A stretch of DNA of 64,000 nt from Klebsormidium nitens (taxonomy: Eukaryota > Plantae > Klebsormidiophyceae), in contig DF237148.1 of assembly GCA_000708835.1 (NCBI GenBank), forward strand, positions 1 to 64,000, read 5' to 3'. Shown piece by piece: positions 26,901 through 38,068 of this stretch. Position 1 is the stretch's first letter; the number at the start of each line of letters is the position of its first letter. A program made the position numbers and the translations under genes. The notes beneath the pieces were generated by a model. The model saw nothing but the letters and a program-made list of their open reading frames with translations, had not been told where the DNA came from and searched no databases.

Positions 26901-29900
26901 ACGCGGGCGATCTACGTTGCGCCAGCTGGCGCAGTCCCTCACCTGACACGTGTCACCTTCCCTCCGGCTCTGACCTCGGGCTCAGCGGGGTTTTCACGGT
27001 TCAGCTGCTAGACCCATTCGCTAACCCGGTGGTTAACGCGAACCTGGTCAACTCGTCGTTCCTGCAGCTAACCTCGGTCTCGAGCTCATCGGGACTGAGT
27101 TCGACGCTGGGTCCGACCATAACCCAAGATAACACCACCGATTTGTACACTGTCCGTTTGACGCCGCTACGGGCTGGGTTAGTCAGGCTAACCCTGACTG
27201 TTAACGGCGTTCCGGTTGTCAACGCCACAACGGCGCAGCCGTACTGGGTTCCGGTGCTTTCGGGCCCCCTTTCCGCTCCTAACTCTCTCGTGGTCGGTTC
27301 GGGTTTCACCGTAGGAGCGGCTTCGGCGGTTCAAGCAAGCTTTTCGGTAACGGCCCGCGACACAAACAACAACACCGTCACCGCTCTGCCAGAGGGCAAG
27401 AGCTTCTCCGTCGCCTTTTCCGACGGAAGCATTAGCGGAACGGTCTCGAGCGCCGGAGACGGAGTCTTCCTCGCTACGTACACGCCCACCCCGGCCCAGG
27501 TTACGGCAAACCCGTCCCTAACCATCACGGTCACCTACGACGGGTTTACGGTGGCCACAAGCACCGTAGCGCTGTTAACCCAAGCCAGTTCTGTGGCCCC
27601 CGCCAGGAGCAGAGCCGTGGACGAGAACGGACTTCCGCTCCGTTCCGCTGTGAAGGGCACCGTCGGAACGGACATCGTCTTCTTCATCCAACCGAGCGAC
27701 TCTACCGGGCTCGACATCAGATCTACCGGGGCGCCCAAAGCCTTCCAAGTCGCAATACCCAACTTTGGAGTCATGATCCCGGTTCCTCTCTCGGATGGAA
27801 CCGGGCGGTACCTGGTCAACTTCACCTCCCCGGTCGCCAGACAGCTGTCGGTAACGCTTGCCAGCTATGCCGACTCCAGCGAGACGCTAGCAAACTCCCC
27901 GCTTACGGTTCAAGCTGCCCCGGGGCCTTCGGCGGCCAGTGCCGCTCAGTTGTTCAAAGCCGGAGGCGTCGACCAGTTCTTGCCAACCGAGCAGAGGACG
28001 GCCGGGAAGGAGGACGTCATCGTGGTAAAGTCGTATGACGTCAGCGGGAACGCGCAGGTGTATAACGCGGTGGCTGGGGGTGACGTCTACACGGCAGTCC
28101 TGACCGGCCCGTCGACCGTCCAGGCGAGTAATCCGAAGATTGCGTCCGCTTCTTCCTGAAGAAAACTTTCCAGTTTTTGAGGAATCCTACAGTGCAGTAC
28201 TGTGTTCTTACGAAACTTTGCACCGATCCAAGAAGCGTTCTTATTGAGGATTGGGTCAGTGAAACGCTCGTCCGGAGTGATGCTCCGTTTGCTGCGCTGC
28301 TCAGTCCCTGAAACCTGCTGGGAGCAACTGAAGCGTTTGAGGCAAGGTCCAGGCGGCACGAATTCCTCTTTCTGCCACATTGCTCAGCGCTCAACTCCAG
28401 AATTGGGCCTCTATCCTTTTTTCGTCAGAGGGAAGGCCATTTCGTTTGAGCAATCGAATCTCAAGCTAAGCTGCCTATAGGGCTTCGTCTGAATAGCGTC
28501 TAGGGCCGGAAACACGGCTTAAATCTTCCTAGCAAAAGAAAGTCTTTGAACATTTCTTTTCCGCTTTGCTGACATAGTATCCCTTCCATTCCGCAGGCAA
28601 GCCTGGTGGATAAGCAGGACGGCACCTACGAGCTCCACTATACGGCGACCGTCGCGGGCGTCTACAACCTGACCGTGTCGCTGCGAGACCCGGCATCGGT
28701 CGCTTGGACGCCTGTGAATGGCCAGCCGATGCAGATCACGGTCGTGAATGGAAACTTCCTCATCTCCCAGTGCGCTCTTCGACCCACCCCGCTCTTCTCA
28801 ATGACCGTCGTCTCGGGCGCACCGTTCACTTTCACAGTGCTGGCTAGGTAAGTGCCGTCTGGTATGCGTTCGGCTTCAAGCCGATCTCGACTTGCTGAAC
28901 TTGGATCCGACTCGCAGCTTGTGTATCCTGTGAAGGGGCCCTCTCTTGACTTGAGCGGTGGTCAAGAAAGAGTTCAAATCGAGGTTCCAAGTGCTGCTTC
29001 GACTTCCATCACAGATGTTCGACTCCTTGGACCACTTATTAATGAACCAGCTCTGGATTTAGCAGTGAGGAGATCAAATCATCTCTTTCGTTCGTGCTTC
29101 AATGAATTCTGCGCGTGAAGAAGCGTCTGACACTCTCGACCTGAAGACTCGACGCCAGGAAGGGCCAAATTCGGCGACCTCACGGCTTCTTTCCCTACAG
29201 ACGACCCGATTCATCCGCAGAGCTGGTACCAGTTGCCTAGAACCGGGCATTTCAGATCATTATTTTACCGGGAACTTGCAACAAGGGTGCTGAGCTACTT
29301 TGTGATTTTGCAGGATGCTTACGGCAACGCTTACACCAACGGAGACAAGTCGTTTGCCGTGACCACGTACGGCGGCACAAACCCGCCGCAATGCTCCATA
29401 ACGGCCACGCCCGTTTCCTCCGAGTTCCTGGGAACTTGCACCGGACTAAGCGTGGGCTACTTCCGGGTCAAGGTCGCGGACAGCAGTGCCAGCTCCGCAG
29501 TCGTTCCGGGCACCCCCATGCTGGTCGGTTCACCTTTGATCGTCTCGCGTTTAACCCGTTTGTCAAACAGAATTGGACTGCCTTTCGAAAGCGCCAAGAT
29601 TTTCCGGATCGATCAATGTTAGGTTTGACTTTCCAGTTCCCTAGAGCTTTTGCGGTTGTTGAGTGGGGTGAAAATGCTAGGTTCTACCAAACGAACAGCC
29701 ACGTGGCAGCGCGGCACCTTTGCGGCAGCAACGAAGGGTATCATGTCGCCGCAGAGTATCAATCTGCCCTGCAGATTCTTGAGTAGAACACCATAAGAGG
29801 AAGAGCTGGTAAAGCATGATTCAGTAACCGTTACTGTGCTTCCAAAACCTGTATCTCTCTTAAATTGATCAGACCCTTGACCTTCGAAGGCTTGCTTGTG

Positions 29901-30205
29901 ATTGCAGGTCGTTGTTACGCCGGGACCAGTTTCCAGCAACACGACCTCGGCTTTCGGCGACGGCCTCACCGTGGGGACCGCGGGGCAGGTCGCCTCGTTC
30001 GTGGTGACGGCCCGGGATGCCGCCGGCAATATCTTCAGCAGTCTGCCGGCCGTGTCTTTCTCCCCTCCAAACATGGTAGACAGCAGCAGCGTGCGGGTCG
30101 TCTTCACGGCTTGTGCGCCGGATGCGACCAGTTGCCTCGCAGCAGTCACCTACAAGCCCGCGATGTGGGGAAGCGTCACGATTACCGTCGCGTCTGGGAC
30201 TACTG
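11954..30205 (+). CDS. About 30 tandem filamin/ABP280-type Ig-like repeats
   Basis: About 30 copies of a F.v..rD.yGN core, counted by eye (PRDTYGN, PRDKAGN, LVDAFGN, LRDAYGN, PADALGN, ARDQYGN, PQDAYGN, AYDALGN, ARDAAGN...), with DngDGTY and aG.Y.l.v partner motifs at ~100-aa spacing. Confidence 0.85.
17065..17205. repeat. Intronic direct repeat, two ~57-bp copies, period 84
   Basis: ccagct(a/t)catctgattcat...cgcccccagaaa(a/g)gcttcagtagagcacaa starting at 17065 and 17149. Confidence 0.85.
18780..19041. repeat. Tandem duplication (~125-137 bp) of an intron 3' end
   Basis: agacggctgtgcaac...gcacgcggcttggctgtc.ggcaatgaaagcttcc.catcctccct occurs twice. Each unit ends in a pyrimidine tract plus CAG (18904 and the used acceptor at 19041). 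Confidence 0.85.
19262..19318. repeat. Perfect 19-bp inverted repeat with a 19-nt spacer
   Basis: gattgtccaattgactgcg (19262-19280) and cgcagtcaattggacaatc (19300-19318). Confidence 0.95.
28124..28596 (+). other. Non-canonical GC-AG intron
   Basis: CAG|gcgagt donor and ccgcag|GCA acceptor. The phase-0 join gives PSTVQ|ASLVDKQDGTY. The nearby GT (gtaatc) would give the wrong phase. Confidence 0.65.
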
Positions 30206-30787
30206 GTGAGCCCTTGAGATGACTTTACTCCTTGAGAAAGTTCTTTTGTAAACGTAGGCGTTTTTAGGCGAACTTCTGACGCTTGTACAAGCTTTTAGAA
30301 AACAACGTTCACTGAATTCCACTGGTTTGCTGCTCTTAGAAAAGTTTGATCAATCATGCAGACTCACCGCAGATTGCAAAGTTGTGTAAAAGGTGTCTTC
30401 GATATAAGTTGCAGTGATTGTGTTCCTGTTTTCAGACCTGATTTAGGCTTCGTTTGACCTGATACCTTAGTCTTTTGACTTCATTCCTTAAAATAGCTGA
30501 ACACAGGGCCGGGGGGCGGCCTATAGCGGTGTTTCTCTGACCGATTGTTTTGCAAGCGGCCTGTGAAACGCCCTCTCGTTCTTCGGGTCAAACAACTCAC
30601 TCCCAGAGAACTCTGAACGTGTAACCACCAGCTCTTCACGGATTGCCTTGCACCAAAGTATATCCTCAAGTATATTCCCTCAGCACCGCATGATTCATTC
30701 AACGATTTCTTGCACGAGAAGAACCACCACCCCCCGCCTCCGACGCTTCTGCTTCTGCTGACGTCACGAACTTCCTGTCTTCCGCAG

Positions 30788-33700
30788 TGACCGGCCGCTA
30801 CGCCCCGGTCATCGCGCCAGCGCCCGCGCCGCAGCTCCTCTCCGCCAAACTCTCAAACCTGCTCACCACGCTGAGCGTCCAGTTCGACCAGCCCACTAAC
30901 CTGGGCGGTTTGCAGCTGGTTAAGCCCCGGAACCAGACCTGCCAGAAGCTGCTCGACCCGAGCACCGTAGCCAAGCTCGGCCAAGCCGGGCGCTTCTTCT
31001 GCGACTGGCCGGACAGTGATTCGCTGCAAATCACCCTCGGTTTCAATGCGACGATCCTACCGGTAGGAAGTCTTGCGCCGGACTCCATCGTTCTGTTACC
31101 AAACGTGGTCGGTAACGCGGCGTCCAACTCGTACAACGCGTCCGGTTCCGTTCCGCTGAGCGCGCCGGACGCGCCGCCGGTTCCGATGGTCAGTCTGACG
31201 GCGCCCAATGCGATCGGGCCCTGTGACTCGGTCGTTCTGTCGGTTGCCGGGTCGACCGGGGGAGGGGGCCGGCCCCTGCAGTACGGCTACTTTGTTCAGG
31301 TAAGATGTTCAAGCTCTAGTGCTCTAAATCTCTGCTCTTAATCCACTTGAACGATTCCATATGCCCATTTTAACAAACAGTCGAATGGAAGGAAAGCTCC
31401 AGCGCGTGACAATTTCCCCTTCGCGCTCATTACTGGGGAAGACGATCTCTCGAACTTCCAGGTTAGAGATCGTAAAAGGACCATTATTTGGGTTGAGGGT
31501 GATCACGACTGGGGTTGGACACCTCGTCAGATCGGGGCTTTAACAATCAGCATCGCATGACGGCATGTAGGTACATGCCTGGGCAAGCCACAACTTCGCA
31601 GCAACCGGGATAACATCCTACATCGTGAAAACATTCTGTATAGGTTTTGAAGCAGAAACTCATACATGTTTTTCAGAAGCAATCATTGGATTTAAAGCAG
31701 GCGTTATCGATGATAGCCTAAGTCAATACCCTACCAAGCGCGTAGAGTCTGCAGAGTCTTGCTGGTTCTGTGGTTGTGGTTATGTACGCACGGATATGCA
31801 TCTCTCGTGGCACGGGACAATCTTCAACCGTTCCTTTGCTGAGAACACCTTGCTGAACATTCAAAGAGACGCTCAGGCTGAGCGACTTGCAGCACGCAGA
31901 ATGAAGCGTGGTTTCGTTACGAAAAGCTGACGGAATTTTAAGACCCGCACAGACTCACGCTTCCTTTCTTTCCATCTCTGCTTACCAAGCTCTTTGCAAC
32001 GACATTTGCAGGGGCTCAACACCGACGCGACGGCCGCGCTCACCAAAACGCTCGCGAACTACACCGCTGCGGGTTCCTACACCTCCCTTACCCTCAGCGC
32101 AACGGATTTGGTTCCCGGTAATGTTTACACTTTCACCGCCATGGCGACCAACTTCGTGGGCGTTACTAGCACACCGGTCGCCATTACGATCGCCAAGTCC
32201 GACAAACAGATGCCTTACGTCATCGTACCGGGATCCGGCCCCGAGAAACGCATCACGGGTAACGCGAATTACATCATCACAGCGTTCGCGGTCGGGGGAG
32301 TGCCCGGGAAATTTGCTTACGTCAACGGGCAGTGCGTGCCGGCGTTGAACTACACCAACCTGCCGATGAACTACACGTGGCAGCAGATGACGGGGCCCAT
32401 CATCAACGTCAGCAGCTTACCTGCAGCTTACCAGAGCTCGCTCCGGTCGTCGTATCTGAAGATCCCCGGGAATGTGCTGAAAGTGGGCGTCGATTACGAA
32501 TGCATGGTGAGGAAAGCGGGTCCAAATGAAAGCTTCACTTCTGTTTCTTTGGGTTCTTCCCCCTTTCGTTCTCATTTCATTCTTTTGAAATGCGCAAGAT
32601 TTGGTGTCGTTCAAGAATCAGTGAGACCTTTTCAAGGGAAGATATGAACGTCAGCACAAAGTAGCGTCGTAAGCAATTCGCCACAGTAAAGACTCTGTCC
32701 CATAAAAGCTTCATTACTCCCCGATCCAACATACCCATTTGGCGACCTAATTTCTCAATTGGTTCAAGCAGGGTCCATGTAAGTTCTACGCCTCTTGCTT
32801 CACATTTCCCAATCGCAAAGCCAGAGGTCCTCCCAAAGGAACAGTCGTTAACTATTATAAAGTCACACCTTGGCGCCCTTGAAGTTCCGTGCATGAATGA
32901 AGTTCACATCATTCCTTATCATTTTTTTCTAAACGTGTAACCGAAGATAAGTCGGCTACCGCAGAATATAAATACGAGATGGAAGACTGAACGCCGAAAA
33001 GAATGCGAAACTAAGGACGAACCATGTTTAAGAACACGCCGGGGCAGGATCCATCGACCTCTTCCGCTCCCGCAGAATCAGCTTCGAAAAAAACTTATGA
33101 TTAGCGCAAGTTCTAATGAGGAAATCTTCCCTGGGACAGGTGCGGTAGTAACATGTTGGTTAGAATGAACATGTATGCGGAGCCGGTAAACCTCGGGGTC
33201 ACAAGCCTTTCTTTGTTGCAACGTATTGAGCTCAGTTTGAGTAAACTAGAGTGTAACGATTCACGCAGGTGTCCGCCGCTCTAAACCTCGGCAAAACCTT
33301 GGGCCCCGCGGCGACCGGCCGCGTCACCCTCTCCCTCGAGCCGCAGCCGCTCGTGGTTTACATCCTCAGCGGAGATCGTACCGGAAACTACAACGCTAAC
33401 CTAACCATAACGGCGTCGGCAGCCGATCCGGACAGCATAGTGGACGGAAACGGAATTCCGTACCCGTTCCAGTACGCGTGGGCGTGCGACAAGCGGCTGA
33501 GCGGCGCGGCCGCGGCCGCGCTCTACCAGTCCGACGCGACGAACAACTACGGGCAGTTCCTGATCTTTCCGGCGAAGTCGCTGCCTTCGTCGAACGACAG
33601 CTACACCTTTACTGTCACCGTGAGTGATCACCCTTTTGAGGGTAGTGGCAGATACTTGGATTTACAATCATGCGAAATGCTTGAGGAAAAGACGGGCTTT

Positions 33701-35355
33701 GGACCTCGCTCTTTCCATTTGCTCTTTTCTTTCACGAGTCTGAGAATTGATGTGAAACCGCTTTCGAGAAAGTGGCCAACTCACGGCAACAGCTATCAAG
33801 GGTCTTCTTGTCTGGCAGTCCCTCATGTCGCTTTTCCAATAATAAGTTGCATCTTCATCTCTCGGTTTGTCTCCTCCTATGTCGACTCAGAATTTTCTAA
33901 GGAATTCTGCAGGTTGCGAGAGCAAGAGAAAAGAACCGTGCTTGATAGAAAGTGGCAACACACAGCCAAAGAAAATCAAGCGGCCACTAACCTGTAGTCC
34001 GTGTGTCTTGGCACTTAACCGAGTCAAAAAGTGCAATATCCTTACAGGTCTCGGAAGAGCCACTCTCCCCGGCCGGCTTCGAGTCGCCACCTCCAGCAGA
34101 ATACAATCTAGCTGCCCAGTAGTCTGCAAACCCCTTCTCCTTGGAACTTAAGCATACCCCTCTCCTTGACACTTAATCAAGCCAAAACTTTCAATAACCC
34201 TACAGGTGTCGAAAGAACCCCTCTCCACCGGGCGGCTCCGCGTCCCCGCCTCCGCCAAAATCACCATGGCCACTTCCCGCACGATCGCCATGGCGATCAA
34301 CGTTACCGGGTCAAGCATAACCGGGGGCGTCGCGTCTTCTCGCAAACTCGATTTCACAGCCTGGTCAGACGTTCCGGGCACTATTTACTCCTGGGCGCTC
34401 AAGAATAACGGCACCGGTCAAACGTACCCGTTCACGGTTAGCGGTGACACGAGATCGATGACCATTTTCCCGGGCACTCTGCCCGGGGGACGCGTGTACC
34501 GGGTTACGCTAACCGCGGTGGACCCGACCGGGTTTCTTTCCGGGCAGACGTCCAGGGACTTTACGGTGTACAACGTGCCCAGCGGCGGGACCATGGCCGT
34601 GGATCAGATCAACGTGACTCCGAACGTGAGTGGTCGTCACAGACTGGACGCTGACTAGTTTGTCTTTCGACTTCCTTCCTGCCCAGATTCCGTATTCTGC
34701 GACGTGGGGAGGCTTCTCGGCTGACGCGTTTGCGATGCACGCTCTTTTCAGACTGTTGATGCAGTCAAAAGTACGACATGAAACAACGGGTTGACCGCCG
34801 GGTTTCTTTTACAAAAATGTAGCCAGGATGGTAATTGGGTCGGACCGCGGTTCGACGCGTCTTGCAGGTTTATTCTGAACAAGTCCTCAGCACGGAGGTC
34901 TTCAGCTTGACGACTCGTACTGTAACCGCCTCTCCTTTCCTTTCCGTTTGGGGATCAAAATGGCCGGCTCTGTGAAACTGGTGCTTCAGTTTGGCTTTGG
35001 ATGTGTCAATTTCGAGGAGTCTAAAGCGCGCTTGCAACGGTTTTTAATAGTGGGTTCCGAAAAGCAACACTCACCCGTTCTATATTTTTGCCGGTCAGAA
35101 ATTCAACCCCGGCTTCAAGTACTACTGGAGGTTGACCGCGAGCGACTGGTCAAAGAGCCCCGAAGCCCCCAACGGGATGCTCCAGTACCAATTCCGGTAC
35201 TCAATAGAAGGGGGATATGAGTATATTGTTAGCACGGGGGCGAGTACTGTCGCCACGGTTAATCCGTTTGGACCGGGCACGTACCGGTTCATTTTGTACG
35301 TCAGCAACCCGGGAGCGCCGGCGTCGGCCCCGGGCGACCAGCCCAACGGTGCCAG
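30788..35355 (+). CDS. PKD/REJ-like module with its upstream Cys-containing segment
   Basis: PQLLSAKLSN...SVQFDQPTNLGG...C...LG...CDW; LTLSATDLVPGNVYTFT..ATNFVG; PLVVYILSGDR...LTITASAADPD...YAWAC; IFPGTLPGGRVYRVTLT; PSGGTMAV...LTASDW...LQYQF. Confidence 0.7.
34012..34252 (+). repeat. Decayed duplicate of an intron-exon boundary (period 158)
   Basis: 34012-34092 resembles 34170-34252: cacttaa...tacag|GT.TCG.AAGA.CC.CTCTCC..GG.CGGCT.CG.GTC. Confidence 0.75.
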
Positions 35356-38068
35356 GTTAGTGAGCATAACCAAGTTGACCGGGTGTGCTTACCGTGGTTG
35401 TTTTCTGATGGTAGGATTCAAATGCTTGCAGTAGCGCGTCAAGGGATTGCGGCTAGAGGATAAGCAAGGGAGCGACGGATGGTGATGGAAGAGAGTAAAA
35501 GACGTCTTATAGTGAAAAGATCGTGCCATGTTGTGACCTTTGTAAGTAGCTTAGACACTTCTACTCGAGGGATAGGATCAGGTGCGGGTGATTGAGTTGC
35601 CACAAAAGCTTACTGCGAGGGAAAGTAAGATGGCGTGGAATTTTGGTGCACCAGTTCTGACGCCCTTGAAAGCAGTTTCGGTGCCAAAGCACTCCAGATA
35701 CGACATTGCCGTCAGGCGAGTCTCAACATGAGCGTTCCAACTCTTGTCTGCAACCCTGCGCATCGAAAGCCTGGAAGTATTTGCATTTTGTAATACGGTC
35801 AAGAGCAGTCGTTCAGATCGCAGCTGACGGAGACCAATGCTATTCGACCAAACGACTCTTCTTGAGCATGCAGATTCGACGGTGCGACCAAGTACGTTTC
35901 GTCCAAGCGGCGCGCCCTTTTGTCTTTCGACGAGGACGAGTCCCCCGGGCCAATTTTTGAGGGGCGGTCCCTGCTTCAGTCTTCCCCGGTGAACGTTACC
36001 GTCGCAATCGCGGATTATGAGGACACTTTCCTGCCGGCTGCATACCAGACGGCAGACTATTTCGCCGTGCTGACGTGGGCGATCAGGTGGGGTGCCACGT
36101 ATGCACCGCCCGATCCGCTCCAACTCGGCTGCGGCGTCGGGAACGATTTGATGCGCGGCGCGAAGGCGGACGTCCTCAAAATGATCGACGTCCTGGACCA
36201 GTCCGCACCACCGGCCTTCTCCCCCGGTACGTACCGGAGGGCTGTCCTCAAAAGAATGCTTCGAGTACTTTACAATTCGATGTGTCTTGAAGTTCAATTG
36301 ACCGCTTAGCTGCCGCAGAGGGTCCTCAAACTCGATGCTTTTCAGAACAATCTCTTGAATGAAAATCAAGGAACGAAAAGTTGAGTGAAAGTGCCGCTTT
36401 TATGTCTGCGAAGACTTATTCCGGCAACATTCAGAGGCAAGTGCGAAACACAGGAGAACATTTAATTAAGCCAAGCGTTGAATTGCCGACTCTGCCTCCG
36501 GCTCTGTTTCTCGTCTCTACGGTTCCGCGACCTTCTGGCCGACCTTTCTGTCATTGATAACTTGGAAGACGTGAGACTTTAAAGTGGACACAAGAAGCGG
36601 GGACGTGCTGGAGAACAAAAGTTAATGTTGAGGATCGGATTAACGTTTCTCTACAAGTGCTCACGACGTTTCCCGTATCTCTCCCTCAGGTCTGGACAGC
36701 GGCGGCGGCGCGATCATCGCCAACCAGCACGCGTGCGCGCTCGCGTCGATCCTCGCGCCCGCGGACGAAGTCGCGCTTTCCCTCCTTCCGGCGACCAGCG
36801 ACAACTCCACCCTCTCTTCCACGGTCGCCGAAACGCAGCCCGCCATCCAGAGCGCCATCGTTACCTTCCTGCCCAAGCTCCAGCTCATCGCCCAATACGG
36901 GCTTGCCACGTCACCCTGCGCCGGGGACAGCGGCTCGTGCGACAATTACGAGTGCTTCGCCCGCGCGGCCGACGCGCTCCTGAACGCGGCCGCGCGGCAT
37001 TGCGCGGCCGCGTCGCTGCCGCAGCTGTGGTGGTTTGACGCGGCCGCTTTCGCGCCCGTGCTGCTCGCCAGGGTTTACGGGAACGACCCCTCGGTTTCGA
37101 CACCTGGAGTGCCCACCAATTTTGCGGGGCAGACGTTCGAAGGAACGGCAATCCAGGCCGGCGGAGATGGCGGTGCCGTTGCGGCGACGGCCGGCAGCTT
37201 CGGGTTCAGCGTGCCCGTTTCCGAAACGGGGGTGACGGCGTATGCCATAGCGTATGCCGACGGCGTCTCCTTTGCAAATGCGCCGGTCGTCATTGAGGGA
37301 GCCGTGAGCACCGCGGCGCTATTTCTTGTCGACAGCAATGGTGAGCTGTGCTTGATTCCTCTGAGTTTGATTCGTTCTTGTCTTGTTTGAGAGCTTAGCA
37401 AGAGCGTTGTCAAGTGGGCTTCATTTTCGAGACGGGGCTTCGAGGCTGAGCCGGTGTTCTTCGTAGCTGTTTTTGCTGCCGCTTTATGAGCATGGTACTT
37501 GATTAAACAGGCAACGTTTGCCGCCTGATACAGACACATGCTGTGTACTTAGCTTGCCGCTGTCGTTCCCTGTTCGGAAACCTGGCCGGCAATCTGGTGT
37601 TCCGCGGAAACGCGAAAAAACTTGCGAGACAACCCAAAAGTAAATTTTCAAAAGTTTGATTGCTTCAGTAGATCGATCTACTGCCTTTGTGATATAGAGA
37701 CACACATGATAACTAAACAAAATAACCACGACAAGCCTCCAAGTTTCCGCCGATCAATCACAGCAAAAGTGCTCTTGTTAGGTCAGCCGTCCTTTTCAGA
37801 GGATGCCTATACAATTCAAAAGTAGAGGGACCAACTTCTGGGCTAAATCAAATGCTCGTTTTGTTTCGACTTGTGATGAGTTACTAACAAAGCCGCCAAG
37901 GCCTGACTTCGTCTCGCTTCCTCAAAGAAACGTAAACGGCTGCAGTTAGCCCATGTGGTAATTTTTCTGTTCCAGTCCTCCGTTCTCTGTTCGACCGTGA
38001 ACTCGTCTGTCACTGAGTAACTTTCCTTCCAACAGAAACTGACATCTTAGTGGACTTCTGTCTCCCAG

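Noticed and set aside
16715-29320. Programmed ribosomal frameshifting in the giant gene
   Set aside because: The five shifts go in both directions and lack correctly phased X XXY YYZ slippery sites. GGGGTTTT at 26987 is out of phase.
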